From Planctomycetota bacterium (GTDB taxonomy: Bacteria; Planctomycetota; B15-G4; SIAN01), in contig JANNXA010000013.1 of assembly GCA_031409275.1 (NCBI GenBank), positions 1 to 36,547 on the forward strand: a stretch of DNA of 36,547 nucleotides, given 5' to 3'. The position numbers and the translations under genes are program-made. Shown here in pieces: positions 18,125-26,848 of this stretch. The stretch's first letter is position 1; each line of letters opens with the position of its first letter. The notes beneath the pieces are model-generated. The model did no database searches. It saw only the letters and a list, made by a program, of their open reading frames with translations, and was not told the origin of the DNA.

Positions 18125-19635
18125 CCTCACCTTCCCCTCGTTCCGGCACACTCGAACCCGAATGGCGGCGGCGGCAGGTGCAGCTCGCGGCGCGGCGCAC
18201 GTTCCTGAAGCAGGGCGCCCTTTCGCTCGGAGCGATCGCGTTGCAGTCGCTGCTGCGTGGCGAAGGGCGCGCGCAAGCGGCCGACGCGGCGGACGCGGCC
18301 ACACGCTCGCTCGCGCGTCCGCTGCTGCCCAAGGCGCCGCCGTTGCCGGCGTGCGTGAAGCAGGTGATTTACATCCACCTTTCGGGCGCGCCGCCGCAGC
18401 ACGACCTCTTCGACTGGAAGCCCAAGCTCGTCGAGCATCACCTGCAGCCGTGTCCCGAGGAGCTGCTGCAAGGACAGCGCTTCGCCTTCATCAAGGGCCG
18501 CCCGCTGCTCCTCGGCTCGCCCTACAAGTTCGCGCAGCACGGCGCGAGCGGCGCGTGGATGAGCGAGCTGCTCCCCAACCTCGCGACGGTCGCGGATCAG
18601 CTCTGCATCGTCCGCTCGATGCGCACCAGCGAGTTCAACCACGCGCCGGCCGAGCTCTTCCTCCACACCGGTGATCGCAATCCAGGCCACCCGGCGCTCG
18701 GCTCGTGGGTGACGTGGGGGCTCGGCAGCGAGAACCAGGACCTGCCCGGTTTCGTCGTGCTGGTCTCGGGCGGCACCGATCCGACGGCCGGCAAGAGCGT
18801 CTGGAGCAGCGGTTTCCTGCCGGGCGTTCACCAAGGCGTGCAGTGTCGCAGCGGCAAGGAGCCGGTCTTCTTCCTGAACGATCCGGCCGGCATGCCGCGG
18901 CCCACGCGCCGCGCGACGCTCGATGCGCTCGATCGGCTGAACCAGCTCGAACATGCGCAAACGGGCGATCCGGAGACGTTGACGCGCATCAGCCAGTACG
19001 AGCTCGCCTACCGCATGCAGCTCTCGGTGCCGGCCGTGATGGACCTCGCCAAGGAGGATCCGGCGACGCTTGCCGAGTACGGTGCGACGCTCGGGACGAC
19101 CAGCCTCGCCAACCACTGCCTGCTGGCGCGCCGCATGGTCGAGGCGGGGGTGCGCTTCGTTCAGCTCTTCGATTGGGGCTGGGATGTGCACGGCACGTCG
19201 GCAGGCGATGACATCGTCACGCAGCTGCCGATGAAGTGCGCGGAGATGGACCGGCCGGTCGCCGCATTGATCCGCGACCTCGAGCGGCGCGGACTGCTCG
19301 ACTCGACGCTGGTGGTGTGGGGCGGCGAGTTCGGCCGCACGGCGATGAACGAGGCGCGCGGCGGCAGCAAGTTCCTCGGCCGCGACCACCATCCGCACTG
19401 CTTCACCATGTTCTTCGCCGGGGCCGGCATCAAGGCGGGTGCGCAGGTCGGCGCCACCGACGAGCTCGGCTACTCGATCACCGAGACGCCCATCGACGTC
19501 CACGATCTGCAGGCGACGCTGCTCCATCTGCTGGGATTCGACCCGCACCAGCTGAGCTACCCCTACATGGGGCTGAACCAGCGGTTGATCGGCCCGGCCG
19601 ACGAGCCGCGCGTGCGCCACGAGCTGCTGGCGTAG
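18121..19635 (+). CDS. DUF1501 domain protein (sulfatase-like, Tat-exported), 504 aa
   Basis: Twin-arginine signal RRTFLK. Motifs: VIYIHLSGAPPQHDLFDWKP, FNHAPA, GLGSENQDLPGFVVL, YELAYRMQ, CLLARRMVEAGVRFVQL, WDVH, WGGEFGRT, GRDHHP, VHDLQATLLHLLG. Confidence 0.92.
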   Translation: MTSPSPRSGTLEPEWRRRQVQLAARRTFLKQGALSLGAIALQSLLRGEGRAQAADAADAATRSLARPLLPKAPPLPACVKQVIYIHLSGAPPQHDLFDWKPKLVEHHLQPCPEELLQGQRFAFIKGRPLLLGSPYKFAQHGASGAWMSELLPNLATVADQLCIVRSMRTSEFNHAPAELFLHTGDRNPGHPALGSWVTWGLGSENQDLPGFVVLVSGGTDPTAGKSVWSSGFLPGVHQGVQCRSGKEPVFFLNDPAGMPRPTRRATLDALDRLNQLEHAQTGDPETLTRISQYELAYRMQLSVPAVMDLAKEDPATLAEYGATLGTTSLANHCLLARRMVEAGVRFVQLFDWGWDVHGTSAGDDIVTQLPMKCAEMDRPVAALIRDLERRGLLDSTLVVWGGEFGRTAMNEARGGSKFLGRDHHPHCFTMFFAGAGIKAGAQVGATDELGYSITETPIDVHDLQATLLHLLGFDPHQLSYPYMGLNQRLIGPADEPRVRHELLA

Positions 19636-19674
19636 CGTCGCGCGCTCACTCATCGCGTCGATTGGAGTCGCCGC

Positions 19675-20778
19675 ATGCTCGCCCTCGTTCCTGCGCTGGT
19701 GATCTCGCTCGCGCCGTTGCTCGCGCCGCAAGCTGCACCGCAGGCCGCGCCGCCGCGCATCGAGGCGGCGGTCGATCGTCGCGTCGAGCTCTTCACCCTG
19801 CTGGCACGCCTCGCCGGATTCGATGAGTTCAACATGCCCGTCTCGCGCTCGCCCTACACACGCGCGGCGGAGTCGTGGTTCCACGATCAGCGCAACCACC
19901 CGGCGGTGAAGCGGCTGCAGGAGCTTCGGCGCGAGCGCGGCGTCAGTTTCGATGCGATCGCTTCGCTGGCGGTGCATGTCGAGGACTCGGTCGACCTCGA
20001 CGAACGGATCGACTTCGCGGCCCTGCCGGAGCGGCTCGATGCGCGCTGGGGGCTCGAGGGGGCACGCGCCTTCCTCGCCGAAGCGCGCGATTTCGTGCAG
20101 GTGGCCGACAGCGAGGGCTTCTTCGATTCGCAGGAGGAGCGTTTCACCCAAGCGGCGGCGCGGCTGCGAGCGGTGATCGAGCAGTGCAAGGCGTTGCCGT
20201 GGTTCGACCGCACCTTCGGCGCACGCGGTGGCGCTCGCTACTGCGCGATCCCTGGCCTCGTCTGCGGCGGCGGCAACTACGGCATGGGGATCCGCTACGC
20301 CGACGGCCGCGACGAGGAGATCCTGCCGATCTTCGGCTGCAGCAGCTTCGACGCCGACGGCGTGCCGACCTTTGGCGTGGAGATGGCCGGGCTCGTCGTG
20401 CACGAGCTCTGCCACAGCTACACCAACGCCTACGTCGACCGCATCGCCGAGGCGCTGCGCCCCTCCGCGCAGCGCCTGTTCGAACACGACTCGAACGCGA
20501 TGGAGAGGCAGGCTTACGGTGATTGGCGCACCGTCAGTTACGAGACCCTGGTGCGCGCGACGGTGATCGCTTGTCGTCGCGCCACCGAAGGCGAAGCGGC
20601 CGGCGAGGCGCAGGCGAAGGAAGAGGTCGGGCGCGGTTTCCTCTGGGCGCCGGCGCTGGCCGCCGACCTCACGCGCTTCAGCGCCGAGCGCGCCAGGTAC
20701 CCGACCTTCACCGACTTCCTGCCCGAGATCGAGCAGGCGTTCGCGCGCGAGGCGGACCGACTCGCTCGACGGACTTGA
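19675..20778 (+). CDS. DUF4932-like secreted protein with an HEXXH zinc-binding motif, 367 aa
   Basis: GGAG RBS and a hydrophobic N-terminus. Motifs VDRRVEL, GGGNYG, VVHELCHSYTN, QAYGDW...YETLVRA and YPTFTDFLP. Confidence 0.7.
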   Translation: MLALVPALVISLAPLLAPQAAPQAAPPRIEAAVDRRVELFTLLARLAGFDEFNMPVSRSPYTRAAESWFHDQRNHPAVKRLQELRRERGVSFDAIASLAVHVEDSVDLDERIDFAALPERLDARWGLEGARAFLAEARDFVQVADSEGFFDSQEERFTQAAARLRAVIEQCKALPWFDRTFGARGGARYCAIPGLVCGGGNYGMGIRYADGRDEEILPIFGCSSFDADGVPTFGVEMAGLVVHELCHSYTNAYVDRIAEALRPSAQRLFEHDSNAMERQAYGDWRTVSYETLVRATVIACRRATEGEAAGEAQAKEEVGRGFLWAPALAADLTRFSAERARYPTFTDFLPEIEQAFAREADRLARRT

Positions 20779-20779
20779 C

Positions 20780-22273
20780 TCACTCGACGCGAGCCGCCTG
20801 CAGCGCCGGCGCGTCGAGGTCGAGGCGGTAGAGGATCTGGTTGTACTGGTAGCGCGGCGTCGCGTCGGAGTTGCCGCTGAAGTCGTTCGTGTAGGTGCCT
20901 TCGAAGTGGATCGTCCGGCCGCCGTCGCGGTCGAGGAAGTCGTGGTGGCAGGGGTTGTAGAACGACTGCCGATCGTGCGTCACCACCTTGACGGCGGTCG
21001 TGAACGGGCCGGTCGGCTGCTTCGCTTCCGCGTACCAGATCTCGCCGAGGAACGACGCGGTTCCGCCGAGCTGGCAGGCGATCAGCACGTAGCGCTGGCG
21101 ATGGGCGTTCCAGCGCACCGAGCCGCGATGCAGGACGACGTGCTCGTTCGCATCGGCCGCGTTCACCGGCAGGAAGCGAGTCCGCTTCGCGTCGAGCTTC
21201 CCCTCCTTCACCCACGCGGCCTCGCTCGTCGAGTCGCTCGGCGGCTGCTCCTTCTGCCAGCGCCAGGTCGGCGCGCCGAGCGGGTCGGCCGCCGGCTCGC
21301 ACGTGAACGCCTCGTACTGCGCCGGATCGAGCAGCGCCTCGTAACGCGCCGGCACGCGCACGTTCGGATTCGGGCTGCCGTAGTAGAGCCAGCGCGTCGC
21401 CCCCTCCTCGACCAGCAACGGATGGCCGCTCGGCTTGCGCCAGCTCTCTTCAGCGGGAAGCCGGACCACCGGTTCGAACCGCTGGCGCTCATCGTCGAGC
21501 GCCACGATTCCCTGCTCGAGTTCCATTTCGAGCGATGCGCGCCGCGAGTAGTGGCCGACCAGCCGCATCGCGCCGCTGGCGTCGGGCACGCTGGCGATCG
21601 CGCTGACCCACACCACCCCTTCGGGCCGCTCCGCGATCGGAACCATGGCGCGCGCGAAACCGCTTTGGGGATCGGTGAAGTAGTCGTAGGCGAGGCCATG
21701 CTGCGGATCGGAGGCCGGGTCGGCGGGATCGGGGATCGGGAGCGTCGCGCCGGCCATGCGAAACAGCCCGAGCGGGTAGTCGAGCCGCTGCGTGTCGCCC
21801 CAAAGGCACCAGACCCGCCCGCGATGGAGCGTCGCCTGGATCGAGTCTTGGCCCGCGACGCCACCCGGATGGGGGGAGGGCAGCAGCGGCGGTGTCCCGC
21901 CGAGCAGCAGCGTGTCGCGCCAGCGCCCCTCGCCGGTCAAACGGCAGAGCCGTTGCGCGACGTTCACGCGATCGAGTTCGATCTCGACTGGATGGCCGAC
22001 GCGCGGCGTCACGCGCACTCCAGCGAAGCCGAAGCCATCGCGGCGCGGCGCGTAGCCGTGGCACTGGATCGAGAACCAGCACTCGCGGTCGAGCAGTTCG
22101 GGATCGGCGAGCGCGATGCGGCCGCCGTTGTCGGTGACGAACCGAATCCGATTCACCGTTTCGAGCACCGCGAGCGGCACGCCGCGGCGCGTCGCCGCAT
22201 CGACGACGCGCAGCTCGGCGAAGCGATCGTCGGCAGGGGCGAATGTCAGCCACAGCGCCAGGAGGTTCGTCAT
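20780..22273 (-). CDS. Conserved hypothetical secreted protein, 497 aa
   Basis: GC-rich third codon positions and a short hydrophobic N-terminus (MTNLLALWLTFAPA). Globular sequence with RVVDAATRRGVPL, WGDT..LDYPLG.F, SFYNPCHH, FEGTYTNDFS and TPRYQYNQILYRLDL. Function not assignable. Confidence 0.7.
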   Translation of the reverse strand: MTNLLALWLTFAPADDRFAELRVVDAATRRGVPLAVLETVNRIRFVTDNGGRIALADPELLDRECWFSIQCHGYAPRRDGFGFAGVRVTPRVGHPVEIELDRVNVAQRLCRLTGEGRWRDTLLLGGTPPLLPSPHPGGVAGQDSIQATLHRGRVWCLWGDTQRLDYPLGLFRMAGATLPIPDPADPASDPQHGLAYDYFTDPQSGFARAMVPIAERPEGVVWVSAIASVPDASGAMRLVGHYSRRASLEMELEQGIVALDDERQRFEPVVRLPAEESWRKPSGHPLLVEEGATRWLYYGSPNPNVRVPARYEALLDPAQYEAFTCEPAADPLGAPTWRWQKEQPPSDSTSEAAWVKEGKLDAKRTRFLPVNAADANEHVVLHRGSVRWNAHRQRYVLIACQLGGTASFLGEIWYAEAKQPTGPFTTAVKVVTHDRQSFYNPCHHDFLDRDGGRTIHFEGTYTNDFSGNSDATPRYQYNQILYRLDLDAPALQAARVE

Positions 22274-22392
22274 GGAGCGCTCGTTTCCGTTGCCGTTCGC
22301 CTTGCGATGAGATGATCGGCGCGGCGATGATGCCGCGCTCCCGCCGCTCCGCGTCACGCGGTCGCCGTTCCACGCGCCTTCCTTGGATCGCC

Positions 22393-23808
22393 ATGACCAC
22401 CGAACCGACTCCCTCCGCGCCGCCGCCGGCCGTCCCGTTTCGCACGGCGCTCGCGTTCTGGTTCAAGCTCGGTTGCATCAGCTTCGGCGGGCCGAGCGGC
22501 CAGATCGCGATCATGCATGAGGAGCTGGTGGAGAAGCGGCGCTGGATCAGCGAGGCGCGCTTCCTGCATGCGCTGAACTACTGCATGTTGCTGCCCGGGC
22601 CGGAAGCGCAGCAGCTCGCCATCTACATCGGCTGGCTGCTCCATCGTGGGCTCGGTGGTCTCGTCGCCGGCGCGCTCTTCGTGCTGCCGGGCGCCGTGCT
22701 GATGCTGCTGTTGTCGTGGATCTGGTCGGCGCATGGCGATCTGCAGGATGTCGGCGCGCTCTTCTACGGACTGCGCGCGGCGGTGGTCGCGGTGGTCGTG
22801 ATGGCGCTGCTGCGGCTGTGGAAGAAGGCGCTCGCCAATCGCGTGCTGCGTCTGGTCGCGATGGCGGCATTCGTCGCGCTGTTCCTCTTCCGGGTGCCGT
22901 TCCCGGTCGTCGTGCTGGGCGCGGGACTGTTCGGGTTCATCGGGCAGCGCTTCGCGCCGCACTGGTTCGCGGTCAAGAGCGGCCACGCTCCCAAAGGCGG
23001 CGGCGCCTTGCTGGCGGACGACACGCCCTTGCCCGCGCATGCCCGGCCATCGGTGGGGCGCGCGCTGAAGGTGCTGCTGATCGGGCTGCTGGTCTGGTTC
23101 GGGCCGCTGTTGCTGGTGGCCGCATGGCGCGGTCGCGACGACGTGCTGACGACGTTGGCGCTCTTTTTCAGCAAGGCGGCGATGGTCACGTTCGGCGGCG
23201 CCTACGCGGTCCTGGCCTACCTGCAGCAGGCCGCCGTCGAGAGCTACCACTGGATGACGGCGCCGGAAATGCTGGATGGGCTCGGGTTGGCCGAGTCGAC
23301 GCCCGGTCCGCTCATCCTCGTGACGCAGTTCGTCGGCTACGTCGCCGCGCATCGCACCGCCGCCGGCGCATTGCCGGGCGCGGAACTCGGCGCGCCGCCG
23401 CACGGTGAACTCACGCCCGCCATGCTCGGCTTGCTTGGCGCCGCGGTGACGACTTGGGCCACCTTCGCGCCGTGCTTCCTCTGGATCTTCCTCGGCGCCC
23501 CGTACGTCGAGCAGACGCGCGGTCAGCGCCGTTTCGCCGCCGCGCTCGCCGCGATCAGCGCCGCGGTGGTCGGCGTCGTGGCGAACCTCGCGATCGGACT
23601 GTCGCTGCACACCCTCTTCGCCGAGGTCGCGACCTGGCGCGCGGGGAGCGTCGAGCTCCCGCTGCCGCGGCTTGCGACGCTCGACCTCTTCGCGGTCGCG
23701 ATCGCCGTCACCGCCTTCTTCGGCATGCACCGGCGCAAGTGGAACCTCGTCGCCGTGGTGCTGGCAGCCGCCGCGCTCGGCTGGGCGTGGAAGCGCTGGG
23801 TTGCGTAG
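22393..23808 (+). CDS. chrA: Chromate efflux transporter (long-chain CHR family), 471 aa
   Basis: Two CHR halves: KLGCISFGGPSGQIAIMHEELVEKRRWISE...LLPGPEAQQLAIYIGW and KAAMVTFGGAYAVL...DGLGLAESTPGPLILV. Many transmembrane segments. Confidence 0.93.
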   Translation: MTTEPTPSAPPPAVPFRTALAFWFKLGCISFGGPSGQIAIMHEELVEKRRWISEARFLHALNYCMLLPGPEAQQLAIYIGWLLHRGLGGLVAGALFVLPGAVLMLLLSWIWSAHGDLQDVGALFYGLRAAVVAVVVMALLRLWKKALANRVLRLVAMAAFVALFLFRVPFPVVVLGAGLFGFIGQRFAPHWFAVKSGHAPKGGGALLADDTPLPAHARPSVGRALKVLLIGLLVWFGPLLLVAAWRGRDDVLTTLALFFSKAAMVTFGGAYAVLAYLQQAAVESYHWMTAPEMLDGLGLAESTPGPLILVTQFVGYVAAHRTAAGALPGAELGAPPHGELTPAMLGLLGAAVTTWATFAPCFLWIFLGAPYVEQTRGQRRFAAALAAISAAVVGVVANLAIGLSLHTLFAEVATWRAGSVELPLPRLATLDLFAVAIAVTAFFGMHRRKWNLVAVVLAAAALGWAWKRWVA

Positions 23809-23821
23809 CATCGCGCGCCTC

Positions 23822-26800
23822 ATGCGCCGCTTTCCGCGAATCGAAGTCCTGCTGCTGTCGCTGCTCTGCGCCGTCCCGTTGCTGATCGGCCAGCAGCAGG
23901 AGAGCGACGATCCGCCTGATCGCGGCGGCGACGATGACGCCGCCTCCGATCCGACGCGCACCGCCAACTCGTCGCTGACGGTCGGTTCGCTCGCGCGCGC
24001 GGGCCTCCTCGCGGCCGAAGAGCGGCTGCGCGATGCGCCGTTCCTGGTCGCGCGCGGCGACGGCCGCGTCACGCTCGGCTGGCTCGAGTACACCTCCGGC
24101 AAGGGCGATCAGGTCGCGCTGCTGACGGCGCCGCCCGAGCGGCTCGCGACGTCGACGCCGAAGCCCACGCCGCAGTTCGTCGGTTCGAGCTTCGGTTCGC
24201 TGGTGCGTCCGGTCGGTGTCGTCGACGCGCGTGATCGGCTGCATCTCTTCTGGACCGAGCTAGCGGAGAACGGCGCGGCGGAACGCGTCGGTCAACTGCG
24301 CATGTCGATCGAGCAGGAGGGGGGCAACTTCAGCGAGCCGCGCGCGCTCACGAGCGGTCCGCTCGTGCGGATGAACTGCGACGCGACGCTCGCGCCCGAT
24401 GGCCGCGTCTGGCTGGCTTGGGAGAGCGAGGAGCCGGCCGCTGCGGGCGGCAAGCCGCAACGCGACATCGTGGCGGCGCCGTTGCAGGAAGATGGCACGC
24501 TGGCGGCGCCCATCCGCATCAGCGATGGCCCCTTCAGCGACCTCGACGTGCGCGTGGTGGCGAGCGGCGGCAAGCTCTGGTTCGCGTGGGCGAGCTACGG
24601 CGGCCGCGATTACGAGATCTGCCTGCGTTCGCTCGATCCGACCAGCGGCACGCTCGGGGCCACGCTCGCGGTCTCCGCGTCTTCGGAAGCGGATGACCTC
24701 CACCCCGCGCTCGTCGCGGCGCCCGACGGCGCATTGTGGTTGGCGTGGGACGCCGCGATCCATCCGTTGCGCGGCGACTCGACCCCGCCGCAGCTGCGCC
24801 TCGATCGCCGCCGCCTCGAGATCGACGTCGCGGTCCGCTGCGCGCACGTGCAGGACGGAGTGGTCACGCTCCCGCCGGCACGCACCGCGGGCATCGAGCC
24901 CGGAGTCGTCGAAGGCGCCATCGGCCTATCGCTGGCCGGCGGGTTGCCGAGCCTCGCGGTCGACGGCAGCGGTCGCCTCTGGATCTCCTACCGCCAACTC
25001 GTCGCCAAGGCGAATCAGCGCAGCCACGGCTGGTCGGTCCTCCTGCAGTCGCTCGGCCCGCAGGGGTTTGCGGCGCCGGTCGAAGTCGAGTCGAGCCTCT
25101 CGACGCTCGCCGAGCCGGCGCTGATCGCGACCGGCGCGCGCGTCGTCTCCGCCTTCACCAGCGATCGTCGCCTCGACCGCGGCGCCTCGCGCGCGGGGCC
25201 GCCGAAGTTCTTCGCGGATCCGCTGCGCAAACAGGGCGTCACCTTCGATGTCTGGCGCGGCCCATTCGGCATCGGCGTCGCGCTTCCGGCCGTGCCGGAG
25301 GAGCCCGCGACCCTGCCGCCGCTCGTGGCGCGCGCCGAGCGCCTCGCCGTGCCGCACTTCCATCCCGCCGGCGATGCGCTCGCCGATCCGCTGATCTCCG
25401 GCGCGCAGCACTTCGAGGTCGTCCGCGGCGAGCAGCGCTACCAGGTCTTCTTTGGCGATCTCCACCGCCATTCCTGCATCTCGCGCTGTTCCTCGGGTTT
25501 CGAGCCGACGCCGCAGGATCGCTTCGCGAGCGGCCGTGACGTGCACCTGTGCGACTTCATGGCGCTGACCGACCACTCGGGTCAGATCAACCCGGCCGCC
25601 TGGTGGCAGCTCGACAAGCTGACGGAGCTCTACCACTCGCCGGGCTTCGTGACGCTGGCCGGCTACGAGTGGTCGACGCGGCAGTGGGGCCACCACAACG
25701 TGATCCTGCCCGGCCGCCTGACGCCGTTCGTCGGCGAGATCAGCGACCTCGACGCGCTCTTCTCGAAGCTGCCGAAGGGCGGCGCGATCACCATCCCGCA
25801 CCACCCGTCCGACACCTCGTTCGCCAACGACTTCGCCGAATGCGACGACCGCTTCACGCGGCTGATCGAGATCTACCAGGCGCGGCGCGGCAACTTCGAG
25901 TTCGACGGCTGTTTCAAGCAGGCGCCCAATGCCGGCGCGCTCGGCAGCTTCGTGCAGGACGCTCTGCAGCAGGGCCACGCCTACGGGATCATCGCCAGCA
26001 GCGACCACGCCGAGGGGCAGGCCTACGCGTGCGTGCTGGCCGAGCGGCTCGAACGCGGCGCCCTCTTCTCGGCGATGCGCGAGCGACGAACCTACGGCGC
26101 GACGACGAAGGGGATGTTCGTCGACCTGCGCGTCGACGATGCGCTGATGGGCGAGGCGATCGACGTGAGCGGGCCGCCGCGCGTCCATCTCGTGGTGCGT
26201 GGCGCCGCCGAGCTCGCCGAGGTCGTCGTCTTCCGCAACGGCAAGCCGTGGCAGCGCGTGGCCGCGCAGGGCGACGGCGAAGTCGACTGGAATCGGCAGG
26301 CGCCGCTGCGCCTGCAGGTGCGGATCGCCACCGGCGGCCCGCCGCTGAGCGAAGCGGCGCAACTGCGCTTCACGCTCGAACAAGGCCGTTTTGGCGGCGT
26401 GCTGGAGAAGCGGCCGCAGGCGCGTCGCAATCCGGCACCGAGCTGGAAGGCGGCCGGCGCGACCGCCACCTGGAGCGCGCCCGCGGGCTTCGCCGCGATG
26501 CAGGGCCTGCGCGACTTTCCGATCCACTGCAACACCACGCTCGACGACGCCGTGACGATGCATCTGCCGGCGCCGGACGGCTCCGCGCTGCCCGCTGCGG
26601 CGCGTCCGCTGCGCGAACTGCTCGACGCGCCGCTCACCGGCGAACTGCCCGGCGGTGCCGCGTTCACCGTGACGCTCGAGCTCGGCGATGGCGCGTTGGC
26701 GTTGCAGAAGGGGTTGGGCTCCCGCGACTTCACCGGCGAGTGGAGCGACGCCGACCTGCGCAGCGGCAAGTCGTGGTACTACGCGCGCTTCATCCAGGTC

Positions 26801-26848
26801 GACGGTGAGCTCTGCTGGTCGAGCCCGATCTTCGTGAGCAAGCCATGA
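23822..26848 (+). CDS. Exported beta-propeller + PHP-type metallohydrolase (CehA/McbA or DUF3604-like), paralog 1, 1008 aa
   Basis: Signal MRRFPRIEVLLLSLLCAVPLLIG. The N-terminal part has repeated G.(L/V)W.AW units. PHP-like metal motifs GDLHRHS, ALTDH, GYEWS, GHHNV, IPHH, LIEIYQ and ASSDH; ends WYYAR..Q.DGE..WSSPIFV. Confidence 0.8.
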   Translation: MRRFPRIEVLLLSLLCAVPLLIGQQQESDDPPDRGGDDDAASDPTRTANSSLTVGSLARAGLLAAEERLRDAPFLVARGDGRVTLGWLEYTSGKGDQVALLTAPPERLATSTPKPTPQFVGSSFGSLVRPVGVVDARDRLHLFWTELAENGAAERVGQLRMSIEQEGGNFSEPRALTSGPLVRMNCDATLAPDGRVWLAWESEEPAAAGGKPQRDIVAAPLQEDGTLAAPIRISDGPFSDLDVRVVASGGKLWFAWASYGGRDYEICLRSLDPTSGTLGATLAVSASSEADDLHPALVAAPDGALWLAWDAAIHPLRGDSTPPQLRLDRRRLEIDVAVRCAHVQDGVVTLPPARTAGIEPGVVEGAIGLSLAGGLPSLAVDGSGRLWISYRQLVAKANQRSHGWSVLLQSLGPQGFAAPVEVESSLSTLAEPALIATGARVVSAFTSDRRLDRGASRAGPPKFFADPLRKQGVTFDVWRGPFGIGVALPAVPEEPATLPPLVARAERLAVPHFHPAGDALADPLISGAQHFEVVRGEQRYQVFFGDLHRHSCISRCSSGFEPTPQDRFASGRDVHLCDFMALTDHSGQINPAAWWQLDKLTELYHSPGFVTLAGYEWSTRQWGHHNVILPGRLTPFVGEISDLDALFSKLPKGGAITIPHHPSDTSFANDFAECDDRFTRLIEIYQARRGNFEFDGCFKQAPNAGALGSFVQDALQQGHAYGIIASSDHAEGQAYACVLAERLERGALFSAMRERRTYGATTKGMFVDLRVDDALMGEAIDVSGPPRVHLVVRGAAELAEVVVFRNGKPWQRVAAQGDGEVDWNRQAPLRLQVRIATGGPPLSEAAQLRFTLEQGRFGGVLEKRPQARRNPAPSWKAAGATATWSAPAGFAAMQGLRDFPIHCNTTLDDAVTMHLPAPDGSALPAAARPLRELLDAPLTGELPGGAAFTVTLELGDGALALQKGLGSRDFTGEWSDADLRSGKSWYYARFIQVDGELCWSSPIFVSKP

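Larger units (their letters stand above)
13535..18150. mobile_element. Putative acquired ~4.6 kb two-gene islet between the DUF1553 and DUF1501 genes; no mobility gene
   Basis: Visibly more A/T-rich than the flanks, with genes in the opposite orientation. It is bounded by CTCG at 13531-13534 and 18151-18154, and removing it would restore an in-frame DUF1501 start coupled to the DUF1553 stop. Confidence 0.5.

Noticed and set aside
13535..18150. Islet as an IS, prophage or integron cassette
   Set aside because: I found no transposase, integrase, terminal inverted repeats or attC-like RYYYAAC...GTTRRRY structure.
22319..22338. 7-bp GC stem in the divergent region before chrA
   Set aside because: It is too short and GC-only, so it is expected by chance at this composition.
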